From contig OX597814.1 in NCBI GenBank assembly GCA_951406725.2, forward strand, positions 136,338,001-136,402,000: a DNA stretch of 64,000 nt, written 5' to 3'. The stretch is from Octopus vulgaris. Its lineage: Eukaryota. The position numbers and the translations under genes are program-made. The notes beneath the pieces were generated by a model. It was given only the letters and a program-made list of their open reading frames with translations. It made no database searches and was not told where the DNA came from. Below, piece by piece: positions 53,390 to 64,000 of this stretch (the stretch's first letter is position 1; every line of letters begins with the position of its first letter).

Positions 53390-54440
53390 AGATATGGAAA
53401 AGTACCAATACCAGGGGCAGGCGAGCTCACAGTACAAAGTATTCAACTGAGGGGGATCACTGAGTGAAGGCAGTAGGGCTTGCCCACTAGGGTCAATAGG
53501 TGCCGTGGACACTTGAACGTGCATTGAAGACTTGACCAGGGAAGATTGTTCTTCTTTCTTTGTGCTGTCACTAACCTCTTGCCAACTCCAAGCACCCTTA
53601 ACATATGGAGTAAAGAACAAGACCCTTCCTACAAGTGCGGAGCAACTATTCCCACCCTGAATCATATTTTTACCGGATACACTAGGATACTGGGAGAATG
53701 CTGATACAAGAAGAAATATGATAAGGCTCTTTCTAGAAATTACCTTGTGGACAAATATGCAAAGGATTAAGGTTAATAAACACCAGCCACCACCACCACC
53801 ACCACCACCACCACCACCACCACCACCACCACCACCACCACCACCACCACCACTGCTAAGGAATACCAAATTCCCAGAAGAAGGTGACAGAGCTCCCAAG
53901 GTGAAAGCAATGAAAGGGGACTCAATTTATATTTTGCGTCCTGTTTTAGACTGGGAGGTGCAAGTGGACCTAAGAAGCAGACTTGTCTTCCCAGAAAGGA
54001 TAATTATAACATCACTCCGACCAGACATATTCCTGCTATTCCGGAATACAAAAACAATGATCGGGGTTGAATTTGCAGTACCCTGAGAGAAAAAGGCTGG
54101 ATACTTCGCACGAGATAAAGAAATCGAAATATCAGGAATTAGTCGACGAAGCCTTTGTCAAGTTTTGGCTTAATTATTTCCTGCAGAAGATAGATCGGGA
54201 TCCTAGACAACTGAAGAAATCCTTCAAGGAAGTAGGCACAGCCGCTGAAACTAGCTCAAGTTGCCTATGGTTGAGGGAAAGAGCAAGTGGAACCTTTCCG
54301 TAGTTGAAGATTAACTCAATCCTTCATGTCCCACACAGGTAAAGCGTATAGACTAAGGGGCGAAACGCTTGTGACCCTGAGATACCTGCTGACAATACGG
54401 AAAAGTTTCCAGGATAGCACTGGAATTAAATCTTGCAAAA
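53390..54440 (+). mobile_element. HERO/NeSL-like RLE non-LTR retrotransposon, 3' part, interrupted by (CCA)n
   Basis: LLPTPSTLNIWSK...KCG...LNHIFTG (decayed zinc knuckle); DWEVQVDL...LRPDIFL...VEFAVP...HEIKKSKYQELV (PD-(D/E)xK nuclease). Confidence 0.8.
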
Positions 54441-54989
54441 CCTCTGAGTAGCTCCTGCAGTTTCTGCGTGGGGCAAAACATCTTTGATGTTTAATTCACC
54501 GAATCGCCAGTGATCCCTTTGTAGGATTTTTTTGAGGAATCTCAGATTTTGCCGTAAATATTAAAATTTGATTGGATTGTAATGTTTATAATGGGGCTTC
54601 ATGTTGTTGATGGTGCTCTCTAAATATCAGAAACTAGTGGAGCAGTTCAGAGACAAGCGGATGGACTAGCTGCTAACCAGTGTGGGCTTCTGAAAGCTGA
54701 TAAGAATGGGATTCTCATTCTCCAAAGTTACGATTGGTTTAGAATCCACTAGTGGGGTAAATTGTAGAAGAAGCTATTATATGATTATATTAGATCAAGA
54801 AGGAACATCCATGACTTGTTGTTGATAAGATGCAAACCGTGACTGTCAAATATACCTGGATCAACTGGACGAAGTTATCTGATGTTGAAAGAACTGAAAT
54901 CGTCTACGATTTTCAAGAACATCATGCAGGGTGGATTTCAGCACAGTCAAATGATACGTTGAAACGTTGAGGGAATATAATTTTCATTC

Positions 54990-55765
54990 AACTTTAATAA
55001 ATGTTTACAAATACAAAAGATGAAAGAAAATTGTTCCAGTTATAGAATACAGGAGGTTTAATGCAATAAAACACTTGATATCTATTATATATAAAACTGA
55101 ATGTGTAAAAGCTGACAGCAATTATAAGAAAAAAGTAGCAATGACATAAAACGATAACAGGTGAATGAACTCTCAAGTAAATTCAGATGACAATTGTAAT
55201 AATAATAATATAATAGTAATAATAATAATAATAATAATGATAATAATAATAATAACTTAGAGATGAAATACGAGAGAAATATTGGAATAAAAGCATTGTT
55301 ATACTAGTTAAACAGGTATTGATATTATAACAATTAAAATTTTATTTTTTTAACTACAGAGTGAATTTATGAGAATCTACTTTTAAATATAAGGAGCGAC
55401 TTCATATCTCTCAGTTCTTATAAAAATACAACAAAGAATACGTCTTTAATACATAACTCCTATCAAATTTATAACAAGGCATCTATTTATAACGTATGGG
55501 ATATATTCCTGAAATAGCAACGTACTTTATTCCCATTCAGTACCTTGTAATCTTCATATCACAGTGTTAAAAGCATTTGTTAGCTAAATATAAAATAATA
55601 TTTTGTTTTAGTCTTTGAAAAATTTCTTTTAATTGAACATGATTCAAACTCTACCTTATTGACAGATAGAGCCCAAAGAATAATGACAGCGTGAACAAGG
55701 CTGAGAATATAGTACTATTTCTGCCTTGGCGCTCGCAATACATATTCATTTGACATGGCGGAAAT
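54990..55765 (-). pseudogene. Possible decayed rhodopsin-class GPCR, copy 2
   Basis: ccgccATG at 55756; YYILSLVHAVIILWALSVN...KTKTKYYFIFS; TERYEV at 55401-55412; PVIVLCHCYFFL. Confidence 0.35.
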
Positions 55766-55932
55766 GATGTATAATTTATTATATATTATTTATATGACAA
55801 TCCCATACACGCACAAATTCCAATCACAATTCTATAAAAATAACAAAAAAAAGAAAAAAACGCACACACGCAAACATGAAAAACAAGTGGTTTAACAAAT
55901 CTAAAACATTTATAGGAATTTAAATCTTAAAT

Positions 55933-56482
55933 CTCTCTCTATATAAAATTCTTTGTCTGTCTGTCTGTTTGTTCCCTATGCCTTCTCAAACGGCTCCACC
56001 AAATCAAGTCAAACTTTACAAGGTAATAATATTACACCCCGCGAATGTCATCATGTAATTTGTATTTTCACTTGGAGTGAAACTATATAACATTTTCCCG
56101 AAAATAATCTTTCTATAATCATCTATAGTAACGGACGTTTTATACGACAACGACGAGGACGACGACGTCACATTTTGTATATGGGTGTGTATGTATCTGT
56201 GAATGTGTGTGTTGGCGGGTTCGTTACGTACGAGATAGTAAAGAACATTTTATATCACGACGATGACATCACATCTCTATCATTCTCTCTGCATTCTGTC
56301 AACCATTCTGTCTAGCGTTTACCGTTGTAATGATGTCTGGTACCAAAAAAATTATTACAACTACTTTCATTGTTTACAATCTTCTATACGGGTGTATTTG
56401 TGTACACCAACATATAAGCAAAATGTTATACAGGCTGAAGGGTCAAGCAAAAACCGCTGTACCGGTGTATTTGTGTATCAGT
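55933..56482 (+). mobile_element. Non-autonomous Helitron-like element
   Basis: 5' TCTATATAAAA plus (gtct)n, similar to 3145-3532; weak 3' hairpin and terminal cagt. Confidence 0.5.
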
Positions 56483-58485
56483 AAATAACCATGTTGTAAC
56501 TATTTCTGATAACAACAAAAGAAAAATTATATAATAGCTATTAAGACAAATGAAAAATATACGCTGGGCTCATCAAATTCTTTTGATTTCCATTTACACG
56601 ACAATATGTGACGATTACCATCACACAGTATTATGCTCACTGGCCATGATGTTAAACAAAGTTTGAAATACAAAAGAAAGTAGATGAGAAAAAATTAAAA
56701 TGACGCTCAAAATTGACAAATTTAAAGTTTATACAATTATAACTGAAAGAACAACAGCGGAGTAAATATATACTAAAAATAAATGATAACAGAGAACACT
56801 TATACCAATGATGAAACATGTAGACTGATACAAGATAGGTATCTATAATAAACATACCCAACAACTGTTAAATATATAATCGAATTGTTGTAAAATTCAA
56901 ACACCTTATGTTATATATAACTAATAGTAATTTAATAATATCTAATTCTGATTATATGCAGCAAAGCTGGTGATGCATAACAAGTAACTGCTCTTAAATA
57001 TAACAACGAGTAAACTTATAAACATTTAAGGTCATTGCATTTGTGGTATAAATTCACAATAACTTTTGATAATGTTATATCCTAGTTGTAGTTTTTTTGA
57101 TATTTACCCAATGAAAAGTGACAATGTTAAATAGAAAACTAAAACATAAGCTCTATTATACAAATAATGAAGACAGATATACTACTTAATAAGTCTGGTA
57201 CCTTTGTGTAAACAGCACTGAAACAATATCATACTAGTGCTAATATAACCATGTACAGTAGTATCAGTACATGTTCACCTATTGTATTACAAGTAACAAA
57301 CTGTTAAAACGGGGTATACAGTTTTATGAAGTGGTGAGTATGAAGAACCATCTTAAAGTTATCAAGATATCGCTTCATCGGAGATACATAAAATGGCCAC
57401 TAGCGTTGCAGGATCAATAGAGAACTGTACGTTGGAGGAACGATATAGAGACAAAATCTCTTATATAACAACATTCCTAACATCTAAATAGGAAGATCTC
57501 ATTGAGTAGTGTAATCTGGCGTCCAATGAAGGGCTTCGTGTGGCTGGAATGCCTTTAATTATAGGCAGGTCTACATGGGATAAGGATTGATTTCGGGATT
57601 ATACAACGCCAACACTCAAGTAGTATGACTAACACACTAAATCCCCATCTTCCACAACTCGTAGTATCACTAACATCACTAACGTCCCTACTAAACCACA
57701 AACAGACCTCCCCCATTATACTATCAACATTACCACCATTACTAACAGTACCGCTTGATGTTGTACTTGTTTGGTAGGGATCAGTTCTATCACATGTTGG
57801 CAGACCATGATCAAAGCTGTTCCACTCTCATTTATCCCGACATTACATGTCTGCCTGGCAGCATAAGTTTTCAATGCTTGGACAAAGTACAACTTCTTAT
57901 ATCTAAATTAACAGAGGAACACGCTGTAACACCTTGCTCCTCTCAAATATAAAGAAGAGTATGCATAACACCAAGTACCTATTGAACATCACAAGGAATA
58001 GACCAATTATATAACATAACACTCCTAGCTCAGCTAGAAGCAATATTACGAATACCAACAGCCAGTAATTGCATATAATAAAATTGAGAAAATAACATCC
58101 GACTCCTGAAAACAATGACTTGGAGGTAACTTCCAACGGTGACCACTTGTTAAAAAACAAAATTGAGAAAATAGTTTGACCAACAACCCAGCAGTTGGAA
58201 AATATAGCACCAGGCACCTGTAAACATTACCTTAGGGACAACTTTTAACAAAGAGCAATTGTCAACAACAGCATGTAATGTTCTTGTAATAGCCAGCTGC
58301 TGTTAACTAAAGTGTGGAACAGTATTTCGGACACCATCACCCATCAGCTGCTAACAATAACATATGAGGAATTTAACAATTAACACATTAAGAGTTCTTC
58401 TAGTAATCAGCTTTTGTTTATGATAACACTGAACAAGCACCCAGCACTTAGTAACACGAAATGGAGAATACATCAACAGAACACA

Positions 58486-58638
58486 ATGAACATTATTTAC
58501 ATTATTTAAATTTGACGGATATTTGTTCTCATCTTGTTTATTGTTAACACAACGTTTCGGCTGATATACTCTCCAGCCTTCATCAGGTGTCTCGGGGAAA
58601 TTTCGAAACTGGGTTCTCAATCCTAAGGTATTTTTCGA

Positions 58639-58643
<5 letters not shown>
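58486..58643 (-). mobile_element. Short hammerhead-bearing Penelope pLTR-like unit
   Basis: Inverted copy of 59351-59480; begins at (TAA)n. Confidence 0.75.
58547..58590 (-). ncRNA. Minimal type I hammerhead ribozyme
   Basis: acac-CUGAUGA-a-ggcug...cagcc-GAAAC-GUU-gugu. Confidence 0.8.
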
Positions 58644-58693
<50 letters not shown>

Positions 58694-58716
58694 GTTATTG
58701 TTGTTGTTGTTGTTGA

Positions 58717-58750
<34 letters not shown>

Positions 58751-58774
58751 ATTGTTGTTATTGTTGTTGTTGTT

Positions 58775-59097
58775 GCCTTTGCACAGCTTCTAATGCTGGA
58801 CATGTACTACATTGTCAGCTGCTCACTACCAGGGAACTAAGGTAACACCTCTTATTTTTCGAGCACCTTCCGGAGTATTTGAGCGGTTCCAAGCAGTGCT
58901 GTTTTCTCCAAGTACTCCACCTTTATTGCAGCCCCTATTTGTTCCACGTACTTCTCGAGAATTTTGCTCACTGTTCCTAGAGCACCAACAATTATTGGTA
59001 CTACTGCTACCTTTTTCATCGACCACAACTGCTTAACCTCCCAAGCTAACCTGTCATATCTCTCGACTTTTCTTTCTTCCTTATCGCATATTATTAT
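58775..59097 (-). mobile_element. 5'-truncated R4/Dong-type retrotransposon (RLE C-terminus plus 3' UTR) in (TAA)n
   Basis: Minus strand reads EERKVERYDRLAWEVKQLWSMKKVAVVPIIVGALGTVSKILEKYV...TALLGTAQILRKVLEK*; TAA repeats on both sides, as expected for Dong. Confidence 0.85.
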
Positions 59098-59103
59098 ATG
59101 CGA

Positions 59104-59160
<57 letters not shown>

Positions 59161-59210
59161 CTATAACCCAAAGATTCCGAGTTCGATTCCAGGCAGTGAC
59201 CTGAATAATG

Positions 59211-59512
<302 letters not shown>

Positions 59513-60589
59513 GTAGAACAAAATGAATACACAAATTCATATCAACTTAATATAACAGAATGTTTTATTACCAATCACATCGTGTATATTATTCATCTAA
59601 CTCTATCGGTAGCTAACAAATTGTCGGTATATAATGAATACATATATAAGCAATTGGTTTGTGCTCTAAAAGAACTTCACTGATAATACAGTTCCACAAA
59701 TTGCTTTTACATTAATATGGAGGCTGTATATAACAGCTCTATTGTACTGAAGATCAGATGTACAAAACTTACATCTATTCTTGGTTTATATACCGTATAT
59801 ATAACATCGGCCTTTTGCTAAAATTAACTTAGCTACAACGAAACATTGCTACTGTTATCAATAACATCAAGACTACAAATAATACAACCTGCTGTTGCTC
59901 ACAATAACATGGACATTCCAATTCTAATACTCAACACTTATTAGCAACAACATGAAAACTACTCACGCTCAGCATTGTTCACAATGACATTGAGAATATA
60001 GTAACAATATCGCCCAGCTACTCTTGTCAATGGTGAAGACAATATTACTTACACCGCCCAGTTGTATGTTATAATGACATGGAGACAACAAACACTCAGC
60101 TTCCGCAGTGATTATGCAGAACTGCCAATGTCTCTGAATAATAACATTGACTCATTTCATAAACAGCTAGCGTCAGATAAATATAACATGGTGATCTGTC
60201 ATAAACGATGATCTTTTCTAAAATATTATTTCATAGCATTTTCAACACCGATCTACTCCAGGATGCGGTCACTATATGAACCAGCTGCTAAGGAATATCT
60301 TGGAACTGTTTTGAAATATCTCATGCCTCTTAATGACAAAATTTACATATTTGAAGAACCAGAATTGGGCTACCAACATCATGATGACATTTTATGAAAC
60401 CAGCTTCCATCTACAACGACAGAAACAATATATAACTACCATGTGTAAGAAAAAACATTTCTACTGCTACTCTATTATATCCAGCTCATTCTCCAACTAA
60501 CATCAACACGCTGGGTCAGCGATCTTAACCTCAATATCGCACTTGAGTTAATAGCAACTACGTCTTCATATTAATATACAGTAAAGATA

Positions 60590-61460
60590 CTAGCAACCGA
60601 GCCCAGATCTCAGTTTTAAAGTAGAGATAACATCAACGAAGCCCAGATCTGTTTTGCAGTAGAGACAATAACAGGAATCTCCTGAACTCAGTATTGCAGT
60701 AGAGACTATATACGAACTAGATCTTGATCACAACAAAACACAGTATACACTGTAACAACCAGCCTGCAACCATAAGTACACTGTGAAGAGTAAAACTTCC
60801 ATTTTGCGGCCATAAAACATTGTGGTTACAATACCATTCATCACATAATCATCACGTTAAATTGTAGTCTATAGCATACATCACGTGACTAGAATTACAT
60901 TATAGAGACTATAACGTCTTTCGTGATCATAACTGCATTGTAGGGACAGTAACATCTTTCGTGATCAGAACTACATTGCAGAAACTATAACATCTTCCGT
61001 GATCACTGCTACATTGTAGAAACTATAACATCTAATGAACGATCATGATTATATTGCTGAGACTATAACATAATTTCGTGGTAATTACCATATTCTAGAA
61101 TCTATTTCATAAGGGTAACCACACTGTAACGACTATAACATCCATTACTGGATAATAACTATATTGCAGAAACTATAGCACGCTTTTCCCGATCATATGT
61201 ACACTGTAGGGTCTGTAACATCTATTTTGTGATCATAGCTACACTGTAAAAACTGTAACATCATTTCGGAATCATTACTGCGTTGTAGAGACTATAACAA
61301 AATTCGGTGATCTTAACTACAGTGTACAGCCATTAACATCGTTTCGTGATCATAATTATATTTGGTGAACCTTTACCACCCTTCTAATCTTAACTACACT
61401 GTAGTGACTATAAGATCTGTCTAGTGATCATTCATACATTGTGGAAATTCTAACATGGCC
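60590..61460. repeat. Old degenerate ~38-41-bp tandem repeat
   Basis: Consensus gtagagactataacatctttcgtgatcataactacatt, clearest at 60860-61460. Confidence 0.8.
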
Positions 61461-62618
61461 ATAACAACATTATGATTACAGAAACCTAGTAGACATTGTA
61501 ATATCAATCTCCTGCAATACATGTACATAATTGTATATACGTTTGTTATTTGCTGAGTTACATAAACAATATTGTTACTCGTTTCGTTTTTTTAGTTTCT
61601 TTTACAAAATTGTTCCTCATTTGTAACCCCTAGTTACTATTTTCAAAATTGTTCTTTATTCTTGTTCTTAATTAAAAACTACTTTTATAAATTTTTAGTT
61701 TTGAGATAATATTTTTTTGTAATGAAATTCTGTTTCTTTTTCTTTCTTTTTTTTTGTAAAATGTCAGTGCTATATGTGTTATATGCGATCCACGGCAGGA
61801 TAATTTCTAAGGTTTTGATTCTTAACAAATTATGAAGAGACTGCGGCCGTCTTCACTTATTTTATCATTTCACTTGATATTTGATAACTAAGGTATTTAT
61901 TAAACAGTTACAGTCATTTATTTATTCATCTAAAGACACGTGTATGTTTTTGTAGCAGGCGGGTATCTATATGCATGGGTAATTCAATTGAAAGATTATT
62001 CATTTTTATAAATGTATGTGTGTATGTATAACTGAAAAGAATTGGAGTCAACAAGAAGGAGTACGGTTGGACATTTATTTTCAACCACTACAATTATTTC
62101 TACGCAACGCAGTTTACCAGGCGTGCAGGTTCTTGATTATGCAACCGTTTCCCAAAATTATTAGATCTGGTTGTGTTTCCTCAGGCGATATGTAAATATT
62201 GACTCCGTAAGTTCAAATTCTCGGCTTCAAGAGCATCCTCTCTGTCTGTCGTGGCCTGAATCACAGTAGCAGAATCACCATGCCACTGCATCTACACATT
62301 CAAAGCAGTTTGTTATCTTGACATGGCTCGAGAAGGAAATATTATTTCTTTTTTTTTTACTCAAACATGCACACATGTACCTTTCTCTCTGCCCCATATA
62401 TAGGGACAGGAAGAAAGATCTACACAATTAATAAAACCTTTCCTTTTCTGTCCTACATGTCCACTCGTAGAGCAATACAAACTTGCATATTTCTTTCTTC
62501 CTTTCCCTGTTTGTTTGTTTGTTTCTTTCTTTCTTTTATCTCTTTCCCTATCTCCATCTCTAAAAATAAACAAGAAACAGCTGACGTTGCATATGTGTGT
62601 GTGTAAGTGTGTGTTTGA

Positions 62619-62657
<39 letters not shown>

Positions 62658-62836
62658 TGTGTATGTGTGTGTGTGTGTGTGTCTACTTGTCCTTGTGTTT
62701 GTACTCCACCACCAGTTGACAACCGGTGTTGGATTGTTTACGTCCCCGTAACCTAGCGGCTCGGCAAAGGAAAGCAATAGAATAAGTACTAAACGTTAAA
62801 ATGAATTAGCACTGGGATCGACTTCTGTGACAAAAC

Positions 62837-63425
62837 CAGAGGTTCTCAACCATTTTTTACTTATGGACTCCTTTGATTCCTGTTTTACGCGGGTGGACCC
62901 TCCTGGCCATTCGATGTTTTAAAAAAAATCCTATTATATTTTTAGAATCAAATATTAAGAATTGTAGTAACGCAACGAGCTGGCAGAATCGTTAATCCCT
63001 TTGTCTGTCCTTGTTTGTCCCCTCTATGTTTAGCCCCTTGTGGGCAATTAAGAAACAAGGAATAAGAATCGTTTGCACACTGGACAAAATGCTTAGCGGT
63101 ATTTCGCCCGTCGCTATGTTCTGAATTCAAATTCCGCCGAGGTCGACTTTGCCTTTCATCCTTTCGGGGTCGATAAATTAAGTACCAGGGAAACACTGGG
63201 GCCGACGTAATCGACTCGTGCCGTCCCCACAAATTTGATGCCTTGTGCCTCTAGTAGACTGGATTATTAACGATTGCAGTAAAAAGAATTGTTAAAATAT
63301 TATAGATATTGTGGAAGTATAACCAATTTATTGAGGATTACTTTTAACAACAAAATCTTTTATGGGGCTCCCAAGGTTAATATGGACTCCTAAAGGGTCA
63401 TTTGGAACCCGGTTGAGAACCACTG
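62837..63425. mobile_element. hAT (Charlie-like) MITE
   Basis: TIRs CAGAGGTTCTCAACC / GGTTGAGAACCACTG; 8-bp flanks gacaaaac / gattcaac. Confidence 0.8.
62975..63270 (+). mobile_element. SINE family A inside the MITE, itself carrying an A2 tail insertion
   Basis: Head agaatcgtt duplicated around an A2 tail fragment (62985 and 63065). Confidence 0.85.
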
Positions 63426-64000
63426 GATTCAACTTTTCAAGACGGTACGCCACCATGGCATCAGTACACTGACTGAAAGAGTTAAAAGATTAAAGATACA
63501 TACAACTAGATCAAGTCAGGCAGATATAAATGGATGGAGACAGGTAGATTAATTGACATATGCTAAAGATAATCCCAAGTATACGTATTTATTACCCCTT
63601 GGGGTGCTTTATATATTTTTTATTGTTCATGTGATAGCTCTGCGTAGATAGAAAACGAGATAATTTAGGAAAAAATTAAGAAAATGTCTGCTAAGTTTGC
63701 TCGTTGAGTCATAAACATGTCAAAACACTCATGCTTTGGCATCCACCTATACTATGCACATAATGATATATATGTATGTATGCATATATATATATATATA
63801 TATATATATACTTATACATATATATTTTTATATATATATAGATATATACTTATACATATATATTTTTATATATCATGTAGATATATACTTATACATATAT
63901 ATTTTTATATATCATGTAGATGAATGCATCTTTGTATGTATTTTGTATACCATGGAGAATTTCGTTAATATGGATTGAATGACTATATACATCGACTTTC

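Larger units (their letters stand above)
62600..63490 (+). mobile_element. SINE family B 3' half, split by a hAT MITE
   Basis: 62680-62836 continues at 63426-63490. Confidence 0.75.

Noticed and set aside
54600-54960. LINE AP-endonuclease remnant
   Set aside because: Only faint motif echoes; too decayed to support. The same applies to 13260-13440 and 20050-20480.
60590-61460. CRISPR array or repeat-protein exon
   Set aside because: The whole unit is homologous between copies, unit length is not a fixed multiple of three, and no long ORF spans it.

Overview
AT-rich animal genomic DNA saturated with repeats. The tRNA-derived SINE families and the (TA)n/(CA)n/(TAA)n/(CTAT)n load suggest an octopus-like cephalopod (inference from recalled repeat types, not a database hit). 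I find no intact host protein-coding gene, and almost all ORFs in the track are microsatellite or SINE read-through. Supported content: about 40 copies or fragments of three tRNA-derived SINE families; a well-preserved 3' part of a Penelope-like element (RT C-terminus plus GIY-YIG); an RTE LINE with a 5' inversion; R4/Dong-like and HERO-like RLE retrotransposon remnants; mariner and maT fragments; Helitron remnants; two hAT MITEs, one carrying a ~1.7 kb 35-bp minisatellite; and two tentative decayed GPCR paralogs. The most notable signal is RNA structure. There are several minimal type I hammerhead ribozyme motifs, often in inverted pairs. There are also four hammerhead-like motifs in a rearranged, pseudoknotted order (P3-NUH-P1-P2-GAAA-P3'-P1'-CUGANGA-P2'). 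Two of these are nearly intact with entirely different stems, and two are decayed copies in the 3' UTRs of HERO-like elements. All coordinates were counted by eye, and ends of degenerate features are approximate.
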